A stretch of DNA of 64,000 bases from Candidatus Cloacimonadales bacterium. Its GTDB lineage: Bacteria > Cloacimonadota > Cloacimonadia > Cloacimonadales > JAFGVF01. The stretch covers positions 224,001 through 288,000 of the forward strand of contig CAXXOU010000004.1 in the NCBI GenBank assembly GCA_963677495.2, in the 5' to 3' direction. Below are positions 1 to 9,620 of this stretch, one piece after another. The notes under the pieces were generated by a model. That model had not been told where the DNA came from. It did no database searches and saw nothing but the letters and a program-made list of their open reading frames with translations. Both the position numbers and the translations under genes were made by a program. The stretch's first letter is position 1, and each line of letters begins with the position of its first letter.

Positions 1-27
1 TGTAGATTAACAATTGACTGTTAATCA

Positions 28-702
28 ATGAAAAAAGCAGTTAAACAATACTTAGAACTACTCGGGCTCTCAGGTATCGAATACCTGAGAAAGCCTGAAG
101 AGATTAAACCCCCAACTCTTACTCCCGAACAAAAGGGACTGCATTTAGAGCATCTCAGAAAGCAGTACGCCAACTGTAAAAAGTGTAAACTTCATCAGGG
201 TAGAACCAACTTTGTTTATGGAAACGGTAATCCGGATGCTAGACTTGTCTTGATTGGTGAAGGTCCGGGTGAACAAGAGGATAAGACCGGTGAGGTATTT
301 GTAGGCCCAGCCGGACAATTACTAACAAAGATGTTGGCAGCGATAAACCTATCTCGAGAGGATGTATACATTTGCAATATAGTTAAATGTAGACCACCTG
401 CTAACAGAAACCCTGAACCTGATGAAGTAAAAGCATGCAGAGATTATCTTGTGGAACAGATAAGGATTATTCAACCTGAATATATACTTCTGTTGGGAAG
501 AGTTGCTGCACATAATCTACTGGAGACTGGTGATCCTTTAAGTAGATTACGAGGAAACAATTTCAAATTTGAAGGTGCAAACGTTCTTGCAACTTACCAT
601 CCTTCAGCATTATTAAGAAACCCTACATTCAAAAAAGGTGCCTGGGTAGATCTTCAAAGACTAAGAGATCTAATGGGCATTGCTCCAAAATCGAACAAGT
701 AA
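28..702 (+). CDS. Uracil-DNA glycosylase, family 4 (4Fe-4S)
   Basis: CKKCKL, GEGPG, FVGPAG, NIVKCRPPANRNP and TYHPSALL motifs. Confidence 0.95.
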   Translation: MKKAVKQYLELLGLSGIEYLRKPEEIKPPTLTPEQKGLHLEHLRKQYANCKKCKLHQGRTNFVYGNGNPDARLVLIGEGPGEQEDKTGEVFVGPAGQLLTKMLAAINLSREDVYICNIVKCRPPANRNPEPDEVKACRDYLVEQIRIIQPEYILLLGRVAAHNLLETGDPLSRLRGNNFKFEGANVLATYHPSALLRNPTFKKGAWVDLQRLRDLMGIAPKSNK

Positions 703-906
703 ACTTCAAAACTAAACCCGAAAGCAGTTAAACGTAACGTTAAAATGTCAAAAATTAGTTAAAACTAAACCTACCTTTTCTCTTGGTATTTATAGTATTT
801 ACGATTTTTTGAAAAAAGCTTTACTAAAAGATATTGCCTAATTTTGTGGGTTGCAATTACCTAAGTATATAAATATGAATAAATAAAATAGTAATCGGGA
901 GGATTT

Positions 907-2457
907 ATGAACGTTCCGAAAAAGATTACCGAACTGCGTAGCTTAAGAGATAAAGCGATGCTCGGTGGCGGTCAGAAGCGAATTGATGCCCAGCATGCTA
1001 AAGGTAAACTCACAGCACGTGAGCGTATTGACCTTTTAGTGGATGAGGACAGTTTTGAAGAGTTTGACCTTTTCGTGAAGCACAATTGCCATAACTTTGG
1101 TATGGAAGAAAACCGTATTGCAGGTGATGGTGTTATTACCGGTTGTGGTACTGTTAATGGTAGACTAGTATTCCTTTTTGCACAAGATTTCACCGTATTT
1201 GGTGGCTCATTATCAAAAACTTATGCAGAAAAGATTTGTAAAATCCAGGATATGGCAATGAAAGCCGGTGCTCCGGTTATCGGCCTAAACGATTCCGGTG
1301 GTGCTAGAATCCAGGAAGGCGTTGAAGCTCTTGCAGGTTATGCAGAGATTTTCTATCGCAATGTGATGGCTTCAGGTGTAATCCCTCAAATCTCAGCTAT
1401 TCTCGGACCTTGTGCCGGTGGTGCTGTGTATTCTCCTGCGATTACTGACTTTATTATCATGAATAAAAAGAACAGCTATATGTTCGTTACCGGACCTAAA
1501 GTTGTTAAGACTGTGCTTAATCAGGATACAACTCCTGATGCTCTTGGTGGTGCGATGGTACACGCAACTAAGAGTGGTGTTACTCACTTTGTTACTGATA
1601 GTGAAGAGGAGACAATTCTTCTTATAAAGAAACTTCTTAGCTATATCCCATCAAACAATCTTGAGTCACCCCCTGTTGTTACTTCATCTGATCCTGTTAG
1701 TAGACCTTGTGATGAGTTGAATACAATTATTCCTGATAATCCAAACAAACCTTATGACATCTTAGATGTTATTCATACAATAGCTGATGATGGTGAGTTC
1801 TGTGAAATTCATAGAAACTATGCCCAGAACGTTGTTGTTGGTTTCGGTAGACTTAACGGACATACAGTCGGTTTTGTTGCAAACCAACCTAAGTTCCTTG
1901 CCGGTGTGCTTGATATTAATGCCTCAAACAAAGCTGCAAGATTCATCAGATTCTGTGACTCATTTAATATCCCATTAGTTGTGCTTGAAGATGTACCGGG
2001 TTTCCTTCCGGGACAGAATCAGGAACATAATGGTATTATCAGTAATGGTGCAAAACTACTTTATGCTTTTGCTGAAGCTACTGTTCCAAAGATTACAGTT
2101 ATTCTTAGAAAAGCGTATGGTGGTGCATACTGTGTTATGAACAGTCGTCACATGAGAGCAGATATGGTTTATGCTTGGCCATCAGCTGAGATTGCAGTTA
2201 TGGGACCAGCCGGTGCTGTTGAAGTTATCTTCAGAAAAGAGGCTAAGAACTCAGACAATCCAAAACAGGTTCTTCTTGATAAAGAAAACGAGTATCGTGA
2301 TAAGTTTGCTAATCCATATAATGCTGCTGAACGTGGTTATGTTGATGATGTTATTGAACCATCAAGAACAAGATTCAGACTTATTAGAGCTCTTGAAATG
2401 TTAGCAACTAAGAAGGATGTCATCCCTGCCAGAAAACATGGTAACATCCCATTATAG
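907..2457 (+). CDS. mmdA: Acyl-CoA carboxyltransferase, methylmalonyl-CoA decarboxylase alpha subunit type
   Basis: [46 protein letters not shown]; operon with biotin carrier and Na+-pump beta subunit. Confidence 0.9.
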   Translation: MNVPKKITELRSLRDKAMLGGGQKRIDAQHAKGKLTARERIDLLVDEDSFEEFDLFVKHNCHNFGMEENRIAGDGVITGCGTVNGRLVFLFAQDFTVFGGSLSKTYAEKICKIQDMAMKAGAPVIGLNDSGGARIQEGVEALAGYAEIFYRNVMASGVIPQISAILGPCAGGAVYSPAITDFIIMNKKNSYMFVTGPKVVKTVLNQDTTPDALGGAMVHATKSGVTHFVTDSEEETILLIKKLLSYIPSNNLESPPVVTSSDPVSRPCDELNTIIPDNPNKPYDILDVIHTIADDGEFCEIHRNYAQNVVVGFGRLNGHTVGFVANQPKFLAGVLDINASNKAARFIRFCDSFNIPLVVLEDVPGFLPGQNQEHNGIISNGAKLLYAFAEATVPKITVILRKAYGGAYCVMNSRHMRADMVYAWPSAEIAVMGPAGAVEVIFRKEAKNSDNPKQVLLDKENEYRDKFANPYNAAERGYVDDVIEPSRTRFRLIRALEMLATKKDVIPARKHGNIPL

Positions 2458-2465
2458 GTAATATT

Positions 2466-3149
2466 ATGAAAAGCAAAATATTAATCACACTTATCATGCT
2501 CATACTTGGTTCTTTCCTTTTTGCAGAACCGGTTAAAGTTATAGGTGTGTTTTGTGGAGAAAAGCAGGAGTTCACTGTTCAAGCTGGAGAAACTCTTTCT
2601 CAAATCTGTGATAAACTGAATATCCCTGTTAAGAAGATAAAATCATTATTGCAGACTGAACTTGATGCTTACAATGAAGCTAATAATCAGGATTTGCCTA
2701 ACTATCATAGAGATTGGGATGCAAAGACTTTAGCAGATCTAAAGGTTACTCCTGAAAGGTTTAAAGAGGTTTATCAGAAGTTCATTGATGAAAGATATGA
2801 GTTTGGTGGCAATATTACTATAGTTGGAATCTCAGTTGTGTTCGTGAGTTTACTTGTAATCTGCCTTCTCATCGGACTCTTTGAGCATATTGGTAAAGAA
2901 AGAAAGCCTAAAACTAAGTCTAAAACAGTTGCAACTTCAGTTGGAAACGTTACCGGTGATGCAGAATCAATGAGTTCTAATTCAATAGTAGCAGTCATAA
3001 TCGCTTTGCATAAGTATAGAACAGAAATAGAAGAGCGTCGTAAAATAATGCTTACTTTCAAAAGAACTCCGGTTTCATTATGGGGTTCACATAACAAAGG
3101 TGATATGCCAAACTATAACTTTAATCAACCTACACGAGGTCGTAAATAA
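2466..3149 (+). CDS. OadG/MmdD-type decarboxylase membrane anchor with an extra N-terminal exported domain
   Basis: Signal peptide, LysM-like segment, TM helix GISVVFVSLLVICLLI, IVAVIIAL motif; operon position. Confidence 0.75.
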   Translation: MKSKILITLIMLILGSFLFAEPVKVIGVFCGEKQEFTVQAGETLSQICDKLNIPVKKIKSLLQTELDAYNEANNQDLPNYHRDWDAKTLADLKVTPERFKEVYQKFIDERYEFGGNITIVGISVVFVSLLVICLLIGLFEHIGKERKPKTKSKTVATSVGNVTGDAESMSSNSIVAVIIALHKYRTEIEERRKIMLTFKRTPVSLWGSHNKGDMPNYNFNQPTRGRK

Positions 3150-3886
3150 TGAAAAGATATAATCTTAAGATAAATGGTGAGACTTACAGCGCCTATATAG
3201 TTAGTTATCATGATTCAGGTGCTGTTGTTGAGGTTAATGGTAATAAGTTCTCAGTAGAGTTCTTAGAAGATGGTTCTGCTTCAATTCCAAAGATTGAGCG
3301 TTCTGCTCGTGAGTTACCTGCAACTCCTGAATTTGAAAACAATAATGATAGCGATGGTAGCATTTACTCTCCAATCCCGGGTGTGATTGTAAAAGTACTT
3401 GCTGAAGAGGGTGAGGAAGTTAAGAAAGGTCAGCCTATTGTGATTCTTGAAGCTATGAAGATGGAATCAGAGATTCCTGCACCTTGTAATGGTAAGATTG
3501 CTGAGATTCTTGTAAAAGAGAAAGCTCCTGTTACTGAAGGTCAGCTCATGGTGAAAGTTACACCTTCTAACAAACCTGCACCTGCTCAGAAACCTAAACC
3601 TCAGCCAAAGAAAAAAGCACCTGTTCAAGCTCCTGTAGCTCCTGCTCCAACTCCTGCACCTTCAGCCGGAGGAAAAGGTGTTTCAGCTCCTATTCCAGGC
3701 ACTATACTTGGTATTAAAGTTAAAGTTGGTGACAGAGTTAATGCAGGTGACCCTGTAATCATCCTTGAAGCAATGAAAATGGAATCAGAGATTTCATCAG
3801 AATATGCCGGAACAGTTACTAACATCAGATTCAACACAGGCGACGCTGTGCAAGAAGGTGATGTTATGATAGAATTAGGAGACTAA
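3149..3886 (+). CDS. mmdC: Biotin carboxyl carrier subunit with two biotinyl domains
   Basis: Two EAMKM motifs separated by a Pro/Ala/Lys-rich linker. Confidence 0.9.
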   Translation: MKRYNLKINGETYSAYIVSYHDSGAVVEVNGNKFSVEFLEDGSASIPKIERSARELPATPEFENNNDSDGSIYSPIPGVIVKVLAEEGEEVKKGQPIVILEAMKMESEIPAPCNGKIAEILVKEKAPVTEGQLMVKVTPSNKPAPAQKPKPQPKKKAPVQAPVAPAPTPAPSAGGKGVSAPIPGTILGIKVKVGDRVNAGDPVIILEAMKMESEISSEYAGTVTNIRFNTGDAVQEGDVMIELGD

Positions 3887-3888
3887 TC

Positions 3889-5016
3889 ATGCAAGAAATG
3901 GTGAATTTCTTTCACACTACCGGATTTGCTAACTTCAATCTTGGATACTTCTCCATGATTGTTATCGGTTTAGTATTTATCTATCTTGGTATTGCTAAAC
4001 ATTATGAGCCACTTTTACTTGTCCCTATCGGGTTCGGTATTGTGGTTGGTAACATTCCCGGTATATCAATGCAGGGACAGAGTGTCTATGACACCGGTTC
4101 TGTTATGTACTACCTTTATCAAGGCGTTAGTAGAGGTTATTATCCTCCGCTTATCTTCCTCGGTATTGGTGCTATGACAGACTTCTCGACCTTGATTGCT
4201 AATCCGAAGCTAATTCTACTCGGTGCAGCTGCTCAGGCCGGTATCTTTATTACATTTATCGGATCACTACTATTAGGCTTCAACCTTATGGAAGCAGCAT
4301 CTATTGGTATTATCGGTGGTGCTGATGGTCCTACATCTATATATATAGCATCTAAGCTTGCACCTCATCTTCTTGGTGCTATTGCTGTGGCTGCTTATTC
4401 ATATATGGCACTTGTGCCTGTGATTCAACCACCTATCATGAGACTTCTTACCACCAAGAAAGAGCGTGTTATCAAGATGAAGACACCTCGTATTGTCTCT
4501 AAACGTGAAAAGATTATCTTCCCAATAGTGGCTATGATTATCACTACTTTCATCGCTCCGGGTGGTATCGCACTTCTCTCTATGCTTTTCTTCGGAAACT
4601 TACTTAAAGAGTGTGGTGTTACAGAACGTCTTGCCAACACTGCAAGAACATCCATGAACGATATGGTTGTGATTCTGCTTGGTTTCACAGTTGGTGCATC
4701 TACAAATGCTAAATACTTCTTGAATGTGACTTCTATCAAGATCTTCCTGCTTGGTGCTTTCTCATTCTGTATTGCAACAGCATTTGGTGTACTTTTTGCC
4801 AAGTTCATGAACCTTTTCCTCAAAGAAAAAATCAATCCGCTTATCGGTAATGCAGGTGTTTCAGCTGTGCCTGATTCAGCTCGTGTTTCACAGGTAATCG
4901 GACAGGAATATAATAAGTCAAACTACCTTCTTATGCATGCTATGGCTCCAAACGTTGCCGGTGTTATCGGTTCCGCTGTTGCTGCTGGTGTGATGCTTGG
5001 TATTTTGGCTCATTAA
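3889..5016 (+). CDS. mmdB: Na+-translocating decarboxylase beta subunit
   Basis: EPLLLVPIGFG, IGIIGGADGPT, AYSYMALVP, GVSAVP motifs; polytopic membrane protein. Confidence 0.95.
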   Translation: MQEMVNFFHTTGFANFNLGYFSMIVIGLVFIYLGIAKHYEPLLLVPIGFGIVVGNIPGISMQGQSVYDTGSVMYYLYQGVSRGYYPPLIFLGIGAMTDFSTLIANPKLILLGAAAQAGIFITFIGSLLLGFNLMEAASIGIIGGADGPTSIYIASKLAPHLLGAIAVAAYSYMALVPVIQPPIMRLLTTKKERVIKMKTPRIVSKREKIIFPIVAMIITTFIAPGGIALLSMLFFGNLLKECGVTERLANTARTSMNDMVVILLGFTVGASTNAKYFLNVTSIKIFLLGAFSFCIATAFGVLFAKFMNLFLKEKINPLIGNAGVSAVPDSARVSQVIGQEYNKSNYLLMHAMAPNVAGVIGSAVAAGVMLGILAH

Positions 5017-5041
5017 TAGATAAAAAGTAAACCATTCTTCC

Positions 5042-5075
5042 AAAAGCCTATTCTTGAAAAGGAATAGGCTTTTTT
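5042..5075 (+). terminator. Intrinsic terminator of the decarboxylase operon
   Basis: aaaagcctattc / gaataggctttt hairpin followed by T run. Confidence 0.85.
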
Positions 5076-5077
5076 GT

Positions 5078-5302
5078 TGTCATGCTGAGCGAAGTGAGTT
5101 TTGCGAACGCAGTCGAACCGAAGACCATCGGGAGGAGCTCGCTTGCCGAAGGCGAGCAACTATTTATCTCTCCGATAACTTTAGTCTCCAAACTAAATAA
5201 GAGCTATTTTCCGAAGGAAAACATTCATAAGATAAGTCAATACTGCAACAGATATCCACTAAAGCCACCGGAGCGAACTGTTCAACTTCGCTCAGGGTGA
5301 CA
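5078..5302. repeat. Palindrome-bounded MITE/REP-like element, copy A
   Basis: Ends tgtcatgctgagcg ... cgctcagggtgaca; internal blocks shared with 50373-50623. Confidence 0.8.
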
Positions 5303-5579
5303 AACACGGGAGCGGTCACCTGTGTGAGTTTGCGAGCATGGAGAATTGCGTAATAGGTTTCATTCACGAACTTCGAAGTACGTAATTCTCCGAACTTCTT
5401 TCAGTCGTAATGGTGACCGCTTTCGTAAGTGTACACAGTGCCTTTTTCAACAACTTACGGCATTTCAGGGAGTTTGTCGGCCTGATAAGGCAACGGACTT
5501 CCTAAAATGCACTTCGAAGTGGCTATTCCTGATTTCGTTCTCGCGTCACGCTATCGCTGCAACGCAAGTCCGAAATTGA

Positions 5580-5775
5580 CATACACAGCGCCTTTTTCAA
5601 CAACTTAGCTATATTTATTGCCCTTTTAGCTCTCTTTTACTGCTCTATCCATCAACGCACTGTGCTCCCACTGTGCACGCACTGTGAAGGCACTGCCAAC
5701 CCACTGTTTCACTGGGTGCACAGTGCGTGCACAGTGGGAAAACAGTGGGATGACTGTGTTTTGGTAAAAAGTTTA
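5580..5775 (+). repeat. 196-bp dispersed repeat with 11-bp-period CACTGT/ACAGTG array, copy 1
   Basis: Colinear with 39186-39381; 5680-5756 is identical to 39286-39362. Confidence 0.9.
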
Positions 5776-5839
5776 CAGGAAGTTTGCGATATCGAAAATG
5801 ATGTATAAAAGTATAACAGTGATAGAACTGAGAAATATC

Positions 5840-5881
5840 TTGACTGAATTAAGTAGCTCTTAATAATTAAGCGTTACTTAA
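5840..5881 (+). promoter_or_regulatory. Promoter with tandem TTAAG-N5-CTTAA operators
   Basis: TTGACT at 5840-5845; palindromes at 5849-5863 and 5867-5881 overlap the spacer and -10 region. Confidence 0.7.
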
Positions 5882-5916
5882 ACTAATAAAAGGTATATAA
5901 TAAAGGAGTGAGACAT

Positions 5917-6591
5917 ATGATTGGAGAAAGAATAGTCGAACTTAGAAAGGAATTTGGGATTTCACAAGCGAAACTAGCTGAACAGTTAGGAGTAAAACCG
6001 GCAGCAGTATCTCAATTTGAAAAGGGTAAAACTAAGCCAGCTATCGAAACATTACTGAACATTGCTGATATTTTTAAAGTTAATCTACATTGGCTCTTGA
6101 AGAATGAGGGACAGAAGTATATAAATAGTACGAGTGAAGAGATACATTTTGTCGATTCACCTGTTTCTTTTAACACTGAGATTGATATGATGGAACTTCC
6201 TGTAGTTGGTGAGATTTCTGCAGGTCAACCACTCCCATGTTATCAAGATGCGGGTGAATCAGTGAAGATTAATGCTAATGAGTTAAGTGGGAATCCTGAT
6301 GATTTTCTCTGCTTTAGAGTAAATGGTGAGAGTATGCAACCTGAAATTATGCATGGAGATAAGGTCCTGATAAGGAAATCAAATGATTGGGATGCAGCTG
6401 AAGGGAAGGTTTGTGCTGTGAGACTTGACGGAGAAATAACCTTGAAGAAACTTGCCTTCAATGAAGATGATAAGAGTATAAGATTGATACCTCTAAACGT
6501 AGAGTTTGAGGATATTATCATAAGACCGGATGAGCATAGTGATATTATGCTGTTAGGCATACTTGTTTATCTCTACAGGAAAATTCAATGA
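5917..6591 (+). CDS. XRE HTH plus S24 peptidase (LexA/CI-like) repressor
   Basis: N-terminal HTH, LPVVGEISAG cleavage site, GESMQP Ser and TLKKL Lys; start moved to ATG 5917 after aggag. Confidence 0.9.
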   Translation: MIGERIVELRKEFGISQAKLAEQLGVKPAAVSQFEKGKTKPAIETLLNIADIFKVNLHWLLKNEGQKYINSTSEEIHFVDSPVSFNTEIDMMELPVVGEISAGQPLPCYQDAGESVKINANELSGNPDDFLCFRVNGESMQPEIMHGDKVLIRKSNDWDAAEGKVCAVRLDGEITLKKLAFNEDDKSIRLIPLNVEFEDIIIRPDEHSDIMLLGILVYLYRKIQ

Positions 6592-6603
6592 TAAGGTAGT
6601 TAA

Positions 6604-7386
6604 ATGAAAAGACAGTTGATTAGACATATTATTCAGGGCGTACTCTTCGTTCTAACTTTGGTTTTTATTTATTTTAGTTATACAGGTATACTTGCAACAG
6701 TGCATTCTGTATGCCCGAATGCTGTAGTTTGTTTCGGATTACCGGGTATAATAAACAAGTTTTATGCCTTTGTACCTGCTTTGCTAGTTGGATTAGCTAT
6801 TCTGCTATCTAGTATGTTCTTTGGTAGATGGTTCTGTGGATATGTATGTTTCTTTGGGACACTACAAGAAAAGAGCTTCCAGGCTTTTAGCAAAAAAAAG
6901 AAACTAAAAGAGAAGATGTCACACTATTATGAGAAGAAACTTAGCATAACTAAATACTTGATTCTCATTTTTACAATGATAAGTGCTATCTTCTTTAGTA
7001 TCCATTTTTACCATAAGTTCTGTCCGGTAATTGTAATTACATCATTAAATCATATTAGTTGGCAGGGAATTATAATTGTAGTTGTCTTTACTATAGTTGC
7101 TTTCTTTTCAAGCAGATTTTGGTGCAGGTTTTTATGTCCATATGGAGCGTTAATGAATCTGTTTCAATATTTTGGGAAGCTGTTAAGAGTTCCAAGATTG
7201 AAAATATTCCGTAACCTTGAGCTCTGTGTTGATTGTAATTTGTGTAACAGATCGTGTCCTATGAATATTAGCATATCTGATAAAGAAGTGATAGATGATG
7301 TGAATTGTATACATTGTGGTGAGTGTATAGCCCATTGTCCTAAGAATAAAGGGCTTTTGGAAAAATTTCCAAACAAAAAAAGTTAG
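6604..7386 (+). CDS. Membrane polyferredoxin (NapH/MauN-like)
   Basis: GRWFCGYVC, RFWCRFLCPYG, two CxxCxxCxxxCP motifs, TM helices. Confidence 0.88.
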   Translation: MKRQLIRHIIQGVLFVLTLVFIYFSYTGILATVHSVCPNAVVCFGLPGIINKFYAFVPALLVGLAILLSSMFFGRWFCGYVCFFGTLQEKSFQAFSKKKKLKEKMSHYYEKKLSITKYLILIFTMISAIFFSIHFYHKFCPVIVITSLNHISWQGIIIVVVFTIVAFFSSRFWCRFLCPYGALMNLFQYFGKLLRVPRLKIFRNLELCVDCNLCNRSCPMNISISDKEVIDDVNCIHCGECIAHCPKNKGLLEKFPNKKS

Positions 7387-7615
7387 AGTTATGGATAAAA
7401 GTCCAAAACAGTAGTTAAAGAGTTAAAATACAGTAAGATATAATGTGTTAAAGTTCTTTAAAATGTTCCAACATGGCGTTGTAACTCTTTGTTAGAAGGA
7501 AATTTATAAAAAAGTAGTTGACAACTGTTTGCTTTTGATTAAATTGTATACTGTACTTAGTGATAGATAAGTGATGAATTAATTGGCCTACAGACCCTAC
7601 ATAGAATGCCCTCCG

Positions 7616-7656
7616 AACACAACGGTTGCCTCCCGGTAATCGTTGTGTTTTTTTAT
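7616..7656 (+). terminator. Terminator-like hairpin in the glmS leader
   Basis: aacacaacggttgcc / ggtaatcgttgtgtt stem followed by T run. Confidence 0.7.
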
Positions 7657-7723
7657 TGGACAAAAATCTCTCTTATCATATCTTCAAATCAAGAATACTA
7701 AAATCAAAGATGAGGTACTAAGA

Positions 7724-9562
7724 ATGTGCGGAATAGTAGGATATATAGGTAATAAGAATGCTGTTAAAGTATCAGTTGATGCCTTGAAAAGACTTGAGTA
7801 TAGGGGATATGATAGCTCAGGCGTAGCGACTTTACAAAAAAATAACTCACTTTTCATTGCTAAGAAAAAGGGTAAGATAAAGGAGTTAGAGAAGGAACTG
7901 ATCAGTTCTGACTTTAAATTATCAGAGTTAGCAATTGCTCATACAAGATGGGCTACACACGGTGAACCCAATGAGATTAATGCTCATCCTCACAGTGATT
8001 GTAGTGGTAAAGTAGCTCTTGTACATAATGGAATTATTGAAAATTATAAAGCACTTCGAAAACGATTAGAGGGCGAAGGTTGTGTTTTCATGTCACAGAC
8101 AGACACGGAAGTGTTAGCACATTTAGTTGGCTACTTTTATAAAGAAGGTGTTGAACTTGTTGAAGCTGTTCAATCAGCCCTCAAACTTGTCGAAGGAACT
8201 TATGGGATAGCTGTAATATCTCCTAATGAACCGGGGAAGATCGTTGCTGCACGTAAAGGGTCACCACTTATTCTTGGAATTGGAGATGATGAACATTTCA
8301 TCGCATCTGATGTGAACGCAATTATTATCCATACTAAGAGAGTTATCTACCTGCAGGATGAGGAAGTTGCTGTAGTTACAAATGATAGTTTTGAACTTTC
8401 AACCATACACAATGAATCACTTCAACCTAAAATCTCTGAAATTGACTGGGATGCAACAGATAGCGAGAAAGGTAACTTCAAACACTTCATGCTTAAAGAA
8501 ATATTCGAACAATCAATTACAATTAGACATGCATTCCGTGGACGATTGATTGAGTCATTAGCTACTGCCAGACTTGGTGGTATGAATATGACTTTGCCTG
8601 AGTTACAGAAGGTCAAGAAGATAATCTTGATTGCATGTGGAACATCTTACCATACCTGTATTCTTGGTAAATATCTGCTTGAAAAGATGGCAAGAATGCC
8701 TGTACAGATTGACTATGCGAGTGAGTTCAGATATAGAAATCCAATAATCCAGGAAGACACGATTGTCTTTGTAATAAGCCAATCTGGTGAAACTGCTGAT
8801 ACTATTGCTGCTTTACGTGAAGCAAAAGCGAAAGGAGCACGTGTACTTGGTATTACGAATGGTATCGGTTCTACAATAGCACGAGAAACCGATGGTGGTA
8901 CTTATATCCATGCCGGAACTGAGATTGGTGTTGCTTCGACTAAAGCTTTTACCTCGCAAGTAACAATTCTGTATCTCTTAGGTATCCTCTTTGGTAGAAT
9001 GAGAAATCTGTCTCATGTGGATGGTTTGCACTATATGGAAGAACTTAAGAAGATTCCTGAAAAAGTAGAGTCTATTACGAAACAATCTGATAAGATTAGA
9101 GAAATAGCAAAGAAGATTGTTGATTCTAAGAATGCATTATTCCTTGGTCGTGATGTACATTTCCCTGTTGCCCTAGAAGGTGCTTTGAAACTGAAAGAGA
9201 TATCATATATCCATGCAGAAGGTTATCCGGCAGCAGAGATGAAACATGGTCCTATCGCACTTATTGATGAAGAGATGCCGGTTATTGCGATTGCTATGAA
9301 AGATGTGCTTTATGATAAAGTGTTCTCTAACTTGCAGGAAGTGAAAGCCAGAAAAGGTAGATTATTTACAATTGCTTCAGAAGATGATGATCAATTGAAG
9401 TCAATCTCAGAAGAAGTTATCTATATCCCTCATACAATCCATGAGCTTCAGCCGTTGTTATCTGTGATTCCATTGCAACTACTGGCATATCATGTGGCTG
9501 ATTTGAGAGATCTTGATGTGGATCAACCACGTAACTTAGCAAAGTCAGTTACTGTAGAATAG
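7724..9562 (+). CDS. glmS: Glutamine-fructose-6-phosphate transaminase
   Basis: MCGIVG start at 7724, LEYRGYDS, HTRWATHG, PRNLAKSVTVE. Confidence 0.98.
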   Translation: MCGIVGYIGNKNAVKVSVDALKRLEYRGYDSSGVATLQKNNSLFIAKKKGKIKELEKELISSDFKLSELAIAHTRWATHGEPNEINAHPHSDCSGKVALVHNGIIENYKALRKRLEGEGCVFMSQTDTEVLAHLVGYFYKEGVELVEAVQSALKLVEGTYGIAVISPNEPGKIVAARKGSPLILGIGDDEHFIASDVNAIIIHTKRVIYLQDEEVAVVTNDSFELSTIHNESLQPKISEIDWDATDSEKGNFKHFMLKEIFEQSITIRHAFRGRLIESLATARLGGMNMTLPELQKVKKIILIACGTSYHTCILGKYLLEKMARMPVQIDYASEFRYRNPIIQEDTIVFVISQSGETADTIAALREAKAKGARVLGITNGIGSTIARETDGGTYIHAGTEIGVASTKAFTSQVTILYLLGILFGRMRNLSHVDGLHYMEELKKIPEKVESITKQSDKIREIAKKIVDSKNALFLGRDVHFPVALEGALKLKEISYIHAEGYPAAEMKHGPIALIDEEMPVIAIAMKDVLYDKVFSNLQEVKARKGRLFTIASEDDDQLKSISEEVIYIPHTIHELQPLLSVIPLQLLAYHVADLRDLDVDQPRNLAKSVTVE

Positions 9563-9575
9563 ATAAAGTAAAAAT

Positions 9576-9610
9576 TATAAAAGGCCCGTGAAATTCGGGC
9601 CTTTTTATAT
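9576..9610. terminator. Bidirectional terminator
   Basis: aaaaggcccg / cgggcctttt between convergent genes. Confidence 0.85.
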
Positions 9611-9620
9611 TGTTAAAGTA

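Noticed and set aside
5082..5579. Short ORFs 5082-5300, 5164-5367, 5346-5579 (also 39024-39305, 50254-50523, 56255-56548)
   Set aside because: They lie within non-coding palindromic repeats and show no protein motifs
5917..6591. Prophage suggested by a CI-like repressor
   Set aside because: No integrase, cro or structural genes nearby
7560..7723. glmS ribozyme
   Set aside because: Only tgcctcccgg resembles it; the AGCGCC and GACGAGG core is absent
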